Assembly: GCF_030684315.1 (NCBI RefSeq) | Contig: NC_081403.1 | Location: 1,178,001 to 1,242,000 of the forward strand | Source: Stegostoma tigrinum | Lineage: Eukaryota | DNA: 64,000 nucleotides | Direction of reading: 5' to 3' | Part shown: piece after piece, positions 47,459-59,100 of the stretch | Layout: the number at the start of each line of letters is the position of its first letter | Position numbering within the stretch: position 1 is the stretch's first letter | Translations under genes and position numbers: made by a program | Notes under the pieces: generated by a model | Told to the model about the DNA's origin: nothing | Databases searched by the model: none | Seen by the model: only the letters and a program-made list of their open reading frames with translations

Positions 47459-48124
47459 GGGTTTGGGGGGAGGGGGCAATAAAGCATCCGTCTGGGCAAA
47501 CTTCTCACTGCCTCCGATTTCGTTCTTCAGCCCCTTCCCCCGCAAGCCATGGGGGAGACAGAAACGCAAGTGGGAGAGAACACACGTGGGAACAGGCCCT
47601 TCGGCCCATCAAGCCCTCTCTATCGTCGTGGCTGACCAAACGGGTTGCCAGCCCCCTTTCCCATAATCCCTCTGTACCCATTGGTCTCCAGAATCCAAAA
47701 GCCCACTCCCCCACCCCCCCGAACCACACTCACACACTGAGGATCCCACAGCCCTGTCTCCCGGGGTTGGGTGGGTTTTATGGATTCCCGAAAGGGGCAC
47801 GGCGCTCCTGCCGCCCCCCCCCCCCCCCAACTCCAAAACAAACCTTCAGCTCGGGCTGAATCAGCACAACCGCCCTTGTTTGTAACCTGCGTTCCCGGTT
47901 CCAGGCTCTCTCAGGCCGACAGAAAGGGCACAGCACCGAGGGCCAGAGACACCACTTCTGTACATTGTCAGTGAGGTCACCTCTCGAGAGGCGGGCGCAC
48001 AGGACTGAGAGGGAGGGAGGGTGGGGGCCGACAGTGCTGTGTCTGCCCACACACACACACACACAGCACAGCCCAACACCCCAACTTCAGAATGAACACA
48101 GGAGCCACAGTCTCTGCGATACAC

Positions 48125-48130
48125 TTTATT
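48125..48130 (-). terminator. Candidate PHKG2 polyadenylation signal AATAAA
   Basis: tttatt on +, with GU-rich sequence downstream on the minus strand. Confidence 0.5.
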
Positions 48131-49819
48131 CGGTTGCGAGCAGCCTCTGGCTGGGGGAGTGCGAGTGTGGGAGCTGGGGGCAGTCAGACACACTCCAGAA
48201 GACAATAAGGGGTCCCATGTGTGACAGGAGGAATTGGTTTTTACTGGTCTGACAGAGGACGGAGTTGGGGGGGTGGGTGTGAACTGCAAGCACAGTGTTT
48301 TGTGTCGGTACGTGTATACAAAGGGGAGGGAGCTTACTGCTGGGTGGTCAGTGTGCTTGGCGGGGAGGGGCGTGCTGCCGGCTATCGCGCTCCATCCTCT
48401 GCCTACCAGGGACACCCAGTGGAGGGCTGGATCCGATCCACTTGGTGACAGAGCTTTCCAAACTCCAACATGCCCTGCACATTGAACCCTTGGGCTCAGG
48501 GTAGGTGCTGTGTGACTGTCTCACCACACACACACAACACACACACACACACACACACAGAGACACACTCAGTAAACCATCCTCCTGCCAACAGCCACGC
48601 ACAGAGAGACGGAGGGGAAACAGCTTTGAGCAGGAGCCAGGCAGCGGGGAGCTGGAAATGGTCTGATAGAAAGCAGGCAGTGCAGACTCAGATTACCTCG
48701 GTGTGGGCTCAAGGGGAAGGAGGGGGGCTTTGGGGGGGCGTTCAGATCCAGAGCGTTGAAAAAAGACAAAACAGAGTGAGTGAGCAAGACTAGACTGAGA
48801 CGGAGGACGTGTCCAGAAGGAACAGGGAAGGGAGGGCATACGCTATAGAAAGAGAGAGAGAGAGGAGAGGAGAGAGACTGACTAAGGAGGGGTGGGGGTG
48901 GGAAGAGGGAGGAGAGAGAGACTAAGGAGGGGTGAGGGACGAAGAGAGAGACACTGAGGAGGGGTATAAGGGAAAGAGAGACAGAGAGACTGAGGAGGGG
49001 TAGAGAGAGAGAGGGAGACAGACTGAGGAGAGAGACAGAGAGACTGAGGAGGGGTGTATAAATATATATATATATAAATATAGAGAGAGAGAGAGACGGG
49101 GAGGGGGGAGGGGGAAGGGTAATCAGCAATGTGGGGAGGGACGAGAGCGACGGTGGGGAGGGAGAGGCAGAGAGAGGGTGGAGGGAGGAGGATTGGGGAG
49201 GAGACAGTAAGTAAGTACATTCAAACCAATGGATGTGTGGGAAAGAAAGGGAGGTGGAGACACAGAACCCCGCAAGGTTTGTGCTGGTCGTTGGAAGGTG
49301 ACAAAACGGCACCACTGTCCCCAAACAGAAAAGCCCACACCAAACGCTGCCTCTGCTGTGAGCAACAGAGGAAGGTTTGGGTGAAGTGGGGGGGGGGGGG
49401 GGGGGGGGAGGGGGTTCTGTTTCAATTCTGTCTGGGAATGAAGGCAGTGAAGTGTCTGGCTCTCTAGGAGGGTTGGTTGGTGGGGCGGTGGAGGGGAAGC
49501 GGTGAGGAGCAGGGAGTTGTGGACAGGGACGGGGGACGACCTCCCTGCCCAGAGGCAGCACAGGGAACCCTGAGAGTCTGCAGGCAGTAAATCAGGGACA
49601 CCCCACCCCTCCACCCCCACCAGTCCATGCCCCTCTTGTGTCAGCGGGAACACAGTCCGGGGCGAGGCAGCGACAGTGATGCACTCTCAGGTCCAGGAGA
49701 TGTTCCTCCTCCTTCGGCACTGCTTCCAGGAGCAGTAACAGGATCCAACACAATTTCTGAGAGCTGGAGCTGTAACACACACGGTGTGGGAGAGAGAGAG
49801 AGAGAGAGTGTGTGAGTGT

Positions 49820-49872
<53 letters not shown>

Positions 49873-49919
49873 CAGGGAACTGCAGGCAGCTCTGCTCAGG
49901 GGCTTCACACACGCTCATC

Positions 49920-50345
49920 CTTCCCAGGGCAGGGTGAGATACAGAGCAAAGCTCCCTCTGCACTGTGCCCTCCATCAAACACTCCCAGGGACAGGGACAG
50001 CACGGGGTTAGATACAGGGTAAAGCTCCCTCCACACTGTCTCTCCACCACCCCCCCCCCCCCGACCCACCAAAACACTCCCAGAGACACAGACCGCACGG
50101 GGTTAGATACAGAGTAAAGCTTCTTCTACACTGTCCCCCCCCGATCAAACCTCCCAGGGACAAGGACAGCACGGGGTTAGATACAGAGTAAAGCTCCCTC
50201 TACATTGTCCCCCACCCATCAAACACTCCCAGGGACAGCACAGGGTTAGATACAGGGTAAAGCTCTCTCTACACTGTTCCCCCCCTCCCATGTCCCCCGC
50301 CACCCCTGGGACAGGGACAGCACAGGGTTAGATACAGAGTGAGGT
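49920..50345. repeat. About 70-bp dispersed tandem repeat
   Basis: Same unit as 32255-32620. Confidence 0.85.
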
Positions 50346-50391
50346 TGCCTTTGGACCAGCCCAGTGAGCGAATAGGGCTGTGAACTGACCG

Positions 50392-50673
50392 TCAGTCGCT
50401 GTACATGTGCCCGAGCTCCTGCGGGTCCTCTTTCTCGAGGTAGAGGGTGGTGTGCAGCAGGGCTTTGGGAGAGTTCTCGAAGAGTGCCGCTCGGTTCTGA
50501 TACTGTCCTTTCTTCACCCAGTGCCCGTAGATACGGAAGGCACAACCGTCGATCAGCCTGCGCACAGCCTTGATGGTGTAGGGGTTGCCGATCAGGATCT
50601 CCTTGGTCACCAGCTTCATTCGCCTGTAGTTCTCGTTGATACGGATACAGGCCCGTGTTGTCCACACGGCCAC
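50392..50673 (-). CDS. PHKG2: PHKG2 last coding exon (calmodulin-binding regulatory domain)
   Basis: VAVWTTRAC...[22 protein letters not shown]...MYSD*. Confidence 0.93.
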   Translation of the reverse strand: MAVWTTRACIRINENYRRMKLVTKEILIGNPYTIKAVRRLIDGCAFRIYGHWVKKGQYQNRAALFENSPKALLHTTLYLEKEDPQELGHMYSD

Positions 50674-52320
50674 CTACAACAGAGAGTGAGACAGTGGCAT
50701 CAGGCACACAGGCCACGAAGTCAGGGCACAGCAAGCGTGTGTCCTCTCCCTCTGTAATACCCCCCGCCCCCGGCCACCCCCTCTATCTCTTGTCCTAGAC
50801 TGCGCCCACCCATCAACTCTGTCGCAGACCACCACTGTCGCAGACCGCCCACTCTTCCTCCCTCGGCCCCCCCTCCCATTCTTTCTCCAGACCGACCTAT
50901 TCCACCCCCCCCAATCCCAGACTGCCTCCTCTCCTATCCGTCCCAGACCGTCCCCCCCACCTCCTCCTACCATCCTCCTGTCCCGGACCGCCCCTCCCAC
51001 CTTCCTCCCGTCCCGGACCACCCCTCCCGCCTCCTCCTACCTTCCTCCCATCCCGGACCGCCCCTCCCACCTCCTCCTACCTTCGTCCCGTCCCAGACCG
51101 CACCCTCCCCACAAACCTCCTCCTACCTCCCCCCCCCGCCCCCCCAGTCCCGGACCACACCCCCCCCACCTCCTCCTACCTTCCCCTCCGTCCCGGACCA
51201 CCCCTCCCACCTCCTCCTACCTTCCTCCTGTCCCAGACCACCCCCCGACACCTCATCCTACCTTCGTCCCGTCCCAGACCACCCCCCACCTCCTTCTCCC
51301 CCAACTTCTTCCTGTCCCAGACTGGCAACGCCCCCACTCCCTAAATCATCCTAAAATGACACCCCCACCCTGTCCTGTACTCTGCCTGCCTGTTCATCCC
51401 ACTCTGGATGCTGCTCCTCCTTCAGTTCTTCCTGCCTTGTGCCCACTGTAAAAGCACTGTCTCCCCACTTCCTTGGCCTCGCACCTACCCGGAACATTCG
51501 GAGGGGGCTGAAATGTCGAACTTCTGGAATGTAACTCTGGAAGAACGGGTGGCTCAGAGCTTCTCCTGTGGTGATTCTCTTGGTAGGGTCCACGGTCAGC
51601 ATCCTTGAGATCTAGCAGGGAAAACAACATGATAGTCCGGATATCGCCGTTCACCGCACTGCGCCCCCCCCCCGCCTGGCAAGCTTCATTGAACATGCTC
51701 CAGGGGACAGCACGGGGTTAGATACAGAGTAAAGCTCCCTCTACGCTGTCCCCCCGATCAAACACTCCCAGGGACAGGGGCAGCACAGGGTTTGATACAG
51801 TGTAACGCTCCCTCTACTCTGTCCCCCCATCAAACACTCCCAGGGATAGGGGAAGCACAGGGTTAGATACAGTGTAACGCTCCCTCTACTCTGTCCCCCC
51901 ATCAAACACTCCCAGGGATAGGGACAGCACGAGGTTAGATACAGAGTAAGGCTCCCTCTACACTGTCCCCCATCTAAAACTCCCACGACAGGGACAGCAC
52001 AGGGTTAGATATAGAATAAAGCTCCCTCTACAGTGACCCGCGTCAAACAGTCCCAGGGACAGGGGCCGCATGGGGTCAGATACAGAGTAAAGCTCCCTCT
52101 ACGCCGTCCTCCACACATTGTCGAGGCCCTTGGTTACCCACCAGGTCTTTGACAGTGTCCGATCGATCCTGCCATTCGTTCGAAGTCATCTGGTACTTGC
52201 CCTCCATGATCATGTGCAGCATCACCATCTGTTTGCGGTGCCAGAAGGGCGGAGTACCAGCCAAGAGGGTGTACATGACTACCCCAGCGGACCAGCTGTG
52301 GGGGGAGGGGGTGTGGAAGG

Positions 52321-52356
<36 letters not shown>

Positions 52357-53167
52357 GGAATCAGACACCGAGTCCCATTTCTGTACCTGCACTCCCACCA
52401 TCTCCAGGCTGCTTCCTCATGAGAGCGTCTCCAGGAAATTCACGGAGAGGGGTGCAGCTCTGATCGCGATGGGGCAACAGACACACAGGGCGCCCTACCG
52501 ACCCAGCCCAACGCCATCAGGCTGGGTGGCACATGTAGCTTGCTAGAGAGGAGCCCAGAGGGCACTGTGCCTCAGCAACAGGCAGCTCTCTCTCTCCCTC
52601 TCATGCTCCGCTATCCATCATTATGTTTATAAACGAGCGGCTCCAATAACCCTGGCCAACACATTCCCACAACAAGAAGGAGCCCTGCGCCGCAAGGACG
52701 GTCAGCGCCGGGAGGGAGCCCCGCGCCGGCCGCACGGACGGTCAGCGCCGGGAGGGAGCCCCGCGCCGGCCGCACGGACAGGAGGGAGCCCCGCGCCGGC
52801 CGCACGGACGGTCAGCGCCGGGACCTCTGAATCAGAGGATGCCTATCACGCTCTATTCCCTACCCTCTCAAACTTCCCCAGCTCGAATTGGGAGTACTCA
52901 CACATCCACCTCTTTGCCATAACCTGGGTGCGTCTCGTCCATGGAGCAGGTGAGAAGCTCAGGAGCCAGGTAACCGGGGGTCCCGCAGAGTTCTGGAGGA
53001 GGGCAGGAAGATGGAGAGGGAGTGGATATTAAACCAAAGGTAAGACCAATCCCTGTCCACCGCCCACTGGGCTGGACTGACCAAGTTTCCCCACACACTT
53101 CATTCTCTTCACTGGTCTCCAATCACCCTGCACCCCCACCCTGAGCCCCGCTGTCACGTCATTTACT

Positions 53168-53199
<32 letters not shown>

Positions 53200-56100
53200 C
53201 CTCGCGCACCCCAGACCTACCTCGGAGCTTCTCACCCGGCCCAAGGTGACAGGCAAAGCCAAAGTCAGAGAGTCGGATATGGGCCTGTTCATCCAGCAGG
53301 ATATTCTCGGTTTTCACATCCCGGTGCACGATGTCCCGGCTGTGGAGATAGTCAATGGCCTCTAGGAGCTCCCTCATAACATTCCTGCCCGGTTGTAAAG
53401 GGGAGGTAGACAAGATGAGGTGGTGAAGTGACAGAATTTACAAGGAGTACTCAATAAACCCTTGATGTGTGTTCCTAATTGCCTGTTGCCTTGTGGCCCT
53501 GTCACGCTGAATTCCCCAATTTAACAAGAATCCACACGCCTCCAAAATATTCAACACCCTTGGCTCTGAATGACTGAAGTTGCTCACCTTTCAGGGAGAA
53601 GAAACCACATTTGAGTCAACGTCCTGAAAAGGGTGACTCCTAGTTGTAAAACCCATGCCCCCCCCACCCATACTCCTGCCACATGAGGAAATATCCTTCC
53701 CATGTCCATCTTATCCACGTGCTTCAGTGACTAACACTCCTCAATGAGGTCACTCCTCCCTCCTCTAAACTCAGTCCCCCCCCCCCCCCTCTCTCTCAGG
53801 GAGATATCTATCTGTACACTGACTGGTGTCTCTCAGTGACCCCTCTCTCTCTCTCAGGGAGATATCTGTACACTGTCTGGTGTCTCTCAGTCCCCCCCTC
53901 TCCCTCTCTCAGGGAGATATCTGTACACTGACTGGTGTCTCTCAGTCCCCGCCTCTCCCTCTCTCAGGGAGATATCTGTACACTGACTGGTGTCTCTCAG
54001 TCCCCCCCTCTCTCTCTCTCAGGGAGGTATCTGTACACTGACTGGTGTCTCTCAGTGACACCCTCCCCCCGCCCAATCTCTCAGGGAGATATCTGTACAC
54101 TGACTGGTGTCTCTCAGTCCCCCCCCGCTCTCTCTCAGGGAGATATCTGTACACTGACTGGTCTCTCTCAGTCCCCTCTCTCTCAGGGAGATATCTGTAC
54201 ACTGACTGGTGTCTCTCAGTCCCCCCTCTCTCTCTCAGGGAGATATCTGTACACTGACTGGCGTCTCGCAGTCCCCCCTCTCTCAGGGAGATATCTGTAC
54301 ACTGACTGGTGTCTCTCAGTTCCCCCCTCTCTCTCTCAGGGAGATATCTGTACACTGACTGGTGTCTCTCAGTTCCCCCCTCTCTCTCTCAGGGAGATAT
54401 CTGTACACTGACTGGTGTCTCTCAGTCCCCCCCTCTCTCTCTCTCAGGGAGATATCTGTACACTGACTGGTGTCTCTCAGTCCCCCCTCTCTCTCTCAGG
54501 GAGATATCTGTACACTGACTGGTGTCTCACAGTCCCCCCCCCTCTCTCTCAGGGAGATATCTGTACACTGACTGGTGTCTCTCAGTCCCTCTCTCTCTCT
54601 CTATCAGGGAGATATCTGTACACTGACTGGTGTCTCTCAGTCCCCTCTCTCTCTCTCTCTCTCAGGGAGATATCTGTACACTGACTGGTGTCTCTCAGTT
54701 CCCCCCTCTCTCTCTCAGGTTGATATCTGTACACTGACTGGTGTCTCTCAGTTCCCCCCTCTCTCTCTCAGGGAGATATCTGTACACTGACTGGTGTCTC
54801 TCAGTTCCCCCCTCTCTCTCTCAGGGAGATATCTGTACACTGACTGGTGTCTCTCAGTCCCCCCCTCTCTCTCTCTCAGGGAGATATCTGTACACTGACT
54901 GGTGTCTCTCAGTACCCCCTCTCTCTCTCTCAGGGAGATATCTGTACACTGACTGGTGTCTCTCAGTCCCCCCTCTCTCTCTCTCTCAGGGAGATATCTG
55001 TACACTAACTGGTGTCTCTCAGTCCCCTCTCTCTCTCTCAGGGAGATATCTGTACACTGACTGGTGTCTCGCAGTCCCCCCTCTCTCAGGGAGATATCTG
55101 TACACTGACTGGTGTCTCTCAGTCCCCCCTCTCTCTCTCAGGGAGATATCTGGACACTGACTGGTGTCTCTCAGTCCCCCCTCTCTCTCTCAGGGAGATA
55201 TCTGTACACTGACTGGTGTCTCTCAGTCCCCTCTCTCTCTCTCTCAGGGAGATATCTGTACACTGACTGGTGTCTCTCAGTCCCCCCCCCCTCTCTCTCT
55301 CAGGGAGATATCTGTACACTGACTGGTGTCTCTCAGTCCCCCCTCTCTCTCAGGGAGATATCTGTACACTGACCGGTGTCTCTCAGTCCCCTCTCTCTCT
55401 CAGGGAGATATCTGTACACTGACTGGTGTCTCTCAGTCCCCCCTCTCTCTCAGGGAGATATCTGTACACTGACTGGTGTCTCTCAGTCCCCCCTCTCTCT
55501 CAGGGAGATATCTGTACACTGACCGGTGTCTCTCAGTCCCCCCCCTCTCTCTCAGGGAGATATCTGTACACTGTCTGGTGTCTCTCAGTCCCCCCTCTCT
55601 CTCTCTCTCAGGGAGATATCTGTACACTGACTGGTCTCTCTCAGTCCCCTCTCTCTCAGGGAGATATCTGTACACTGACTGGTGTCTCTCAGTCCCCTCT
55701 CTCTCTCTCTCAGGGAGATATCTGTACACTGACTGGTGTCTCTCAGTCCCCCCTCTCTCTCTCAGGGAGATATCTGTACACTGACTGGTGTCTCTCAGTC
55801 CCCCCCCCTCTCTCTCTCAGGGAGATATCTGTACACTGACTGGTGTCTCTCAGTCCCCCCCCCCTCTCTCTCTCTCAGGGAGATATCTGTACACTGACTG
55901 GTGTCTCTCAGTCCCCCCCCCCCTCTCTCTCTCTCAGGGAGATATCTGTACACTGACTGGTGTCTCTCAGTCCCCCCTCTCTCTCTCAGGGAGATATCTG
56001 TACACTGACTGGTGTCTCTCTGTTCCCCCCTCTCTCTCTCAGGGAGATATCTGTACACTGACTGGTGTCTCTCTGTCCCCCCCCCTCTCTCTCAGGGAGA

Positions 56101-59100
56101 TATCTGTACACTGACTGGTGTCTCTCAGTCCCCCCTCTCTCTCTCATGGAGATATCTGTACACTGACTGGTGTCTCTCAGTCCCCCCCTCTCTCTCTCAG
56201 GGAGATATCTGTACACTGACTGGCGTCTCGCAGTCCCCCCCCCGACCTCTCTCAGGGAGATATCTGTACACTGACTGGTGTCTCTCAGTCCCCCCTCTCT
56301 CTCTCAGGGAGATATCTGTACACTGACTGGCGTCTCGCAGTCCCCCCCCCGACCTCTCTCAGGGAGATATCTGTACACTGACTGGTGTCTCTCAGTCCCC
56401 CCCCGACCTCTCTCAGGGAGATATCTGTACACTGACTGGTGTCTCTCAGTCCCCCCCCGACCTCTCTCAGGGAGATATCTGTACACTGACTGGTGTCTCT
56501 CAGTCCCCCCTCTCTCTCTCTCTCTCAGGGAGATATCTGTACACTGACTGGTGTCTCTCAGTCCCCCCCACTCTCTCTCTCTCTCAGGGAGATATCTGTA
56601 CACTGACTGGTGTCTCTCAGTCCCCCCCTCTCTCTCTCAGGGAGATATCTGTACACTGACTGGTGTCTCTCAGTCCCCCCCTCTCTCTCTCTCAGGGAGA
56701 TATCTGTACACTGACTGGTGTCTCTCAGTCCCCCCCTCTCTCTCTCTTAGGGAGATATCTGTACACTGACTGGTGTCTCTCAGTCCCCCCCTCTCTCTCT
56801 CTCAGGGAGATATCTGTACACTGACTGGTGTCTCTCAGTCCCCCCCTCTCTCAGGGAGATATCTGTACACTGACTGGTGTCTCTCAGTCCCCCCTCTCTC
56901 TCTCTCTCAGGGAGATATCTGTACACTGACTGGTGTCTCTCAGTCCCCCCCCCCCCCCTCTCTCTCTCAGGGAGATATCTGTACACTGACTGGTGTCTCT
57001 CAGTCCCCCCCTCTCTCTCTCAGGGAGATATCTGTACACTGACTGGCGTCTCGCAGTCCCCCCCCTGACCTCTCTCAGGGAGATATCTGTACACTGACTG
57101 GCGTCTCTCAGTCCCCCCCTCTCTCTCTCAGGGAGATATCTGTACACTGACTGGTGTCTCTCAGTCCCCCCCTCTCTCACTCAGGGAGATATCTGAACAC
57201 TGACTGGTGTCTCTCAGTCCCCCCCTCTCTCTCTCAGGGAGATATCTGTACACTGACTGGTGTCTCTCAGTTACCCCTCTCTCAGGGAGATATCTGTACA
57301 CTGACTGGTGTCTCTCTGTCCCCCCTCTCTCAGGGAGATATCTGTACACTGACTGGTGTCTCTCAGTTCCTCCCCTCACTCAGGGAGATATCTGTACACT
57401 GACTGGTGTCTCTCAGTCCCCCCTCTCTCTCTCAGGGAGATATCTGTACACTGACTGGTGTCTCTCAGTCCCCCCCTCTCTCACTCAGGGAGATATCTGT
57501 ACACTGACTGGTGTCTCTCAGTCTCCCCCTCTCTCTCTCAGGGAGATATCTGTACACTGACTGGTGTCTCTCTGTCCCCCCTCTCTCAGGGAGATATCTG
57601 TACACTGACTGGTGTCTCTCTGTCCCCCCTCTCTCAGGGAGATATCTGTACACTGACTGGTGTCTCTCAGTTCCTCCCCTCACTCAGGGAGATATCTGTA
57701 CACTGACTGGTGTCTCTCAGTCCCCCCTCTCTCTCTCAGGGAGATATCTGTACACTGACTGGTGTCTCTCAGTCCCCCCTCTCTCTCTCAGGGAGATATC
57801 TGTACACTGACTGGTGTCTCTCAGTACCCCCTCTCTCTCTCTCAGGGAGATATCTGTACACTGACTGGTGTCTCTCAGTCCCCCCTCTCTCTCTCAGGGA
57901 GATATCTGTACACTGACTGGCGTCTCGCAGTCCCCCCCCCGACCTCTCTCAGGGAGGTACATTAACAGGAGACACTTCATTCTTTCAGCATCCCCACTAA
58001 TGTCAGGCCAGTTCAGATCTTACCATCTCTCTCTCCCTACCTGGTTTCCTTCTCGCTCAGCACCACTTTGTGAGTGAGGTAGTCAAACAGCTCCCCTCGC
58101 TTCATCCTGTAAGAAAAGGAAATGGAAGAGGTTATCCTCCATCCCACACTGACAGGGTGCCGAGCTCGGGTTAGGGTAGTTGTGTGGCTGTGCAGTGAGT
58201 GGGGAGCTGTGACAGCTCTGGGGAAGGTTGAGAGAGGGGGAAGGGACTACCCGTCACCTGGGAATTGCAAATTCCTGATACTTACAGATCAAACACGAGG
58301 AAGGTAACGGTCTCAGAGGTGTAGTAGTCAATGAGTGTGACTGTAGAGAGGGAAGGAAACGTCACAGTTAGCTAAGATATAAGTTTACAGCGAGAGCCGT
58401 AACCTAGCACCCAGGCTCGGGTCCTACAGTGGGGGTGGGGGGGAACCACAGTTCCGCCTTCAAAGCTAAGGCCCCACGCCGGGAGGCCTCGGCTCGCGCC
58501 CAGGCTCCGGCCCACGCCGGGAGACCTCGGCTCGCGCCCAGGCTCCGGCCCACGCCGGGAGACCTCGGCTCGCGCCCAGGCTCCGGCCCACGCCGGGAGA
58601 CCTCGGCTCGCGCCCAGGCTCCGGCCCACGCCGGGAGACCTCGGCTCGCGCCCAGGCTCCGGCCCACGCCGGGAGGCCTCGGCTCGCGCCCAGGCTCCGG
58701 CCCACGCCGGGAGGCCTCGGCTCGCGCCCAGGCTCCGGCCCACGCCGGGAGGCCTCGGCTCGCGCCCAGGCTCCGGCCCACGCCGGGAGGCCTCGGCTCG
58801 CGCCCAGGCTCCGGCCCACGCCGGGAGGCCTCGGCTCGCGCCCAGGCTCCGGCCCACGCCGGGAGGCCTCGGCTCGCGCCCAGGCTCCGGCCCACGCCGG
58901 GAGACCTCGGCTCGCGCCCAGGCTCCGGCCCACGCCGGGAGACCTCGGCTCGCGCCCAGGCTCCGGCCCACGCCGGGAGACCTCGGCTCGCGCCCAGGCT
59001 CTCAGACAGTGCAGGTCCAAGTCCTGCTTTGCCCATGTACGCCCACTCTCGATCCCTAGCACACGTGAAGCACGATTCCTTACTGATGTTCGGATGTCCG

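Noticed and set aside
47161-47508. Minus-strand ORF MLYCPLPPNPHFLLERGDLISRLAMLGISKAS
   Set aside because: It is better explained as the antisense shadow of the plus-strand terminal exon with stop and AATAAA.
53775-57960. CRISPR-like pattern of a conserved repeat with variable spacers
   Set aside because: The spacers are only (C)n(TC)n slippage variants. The context is a vertebrate intron with no cas genes.
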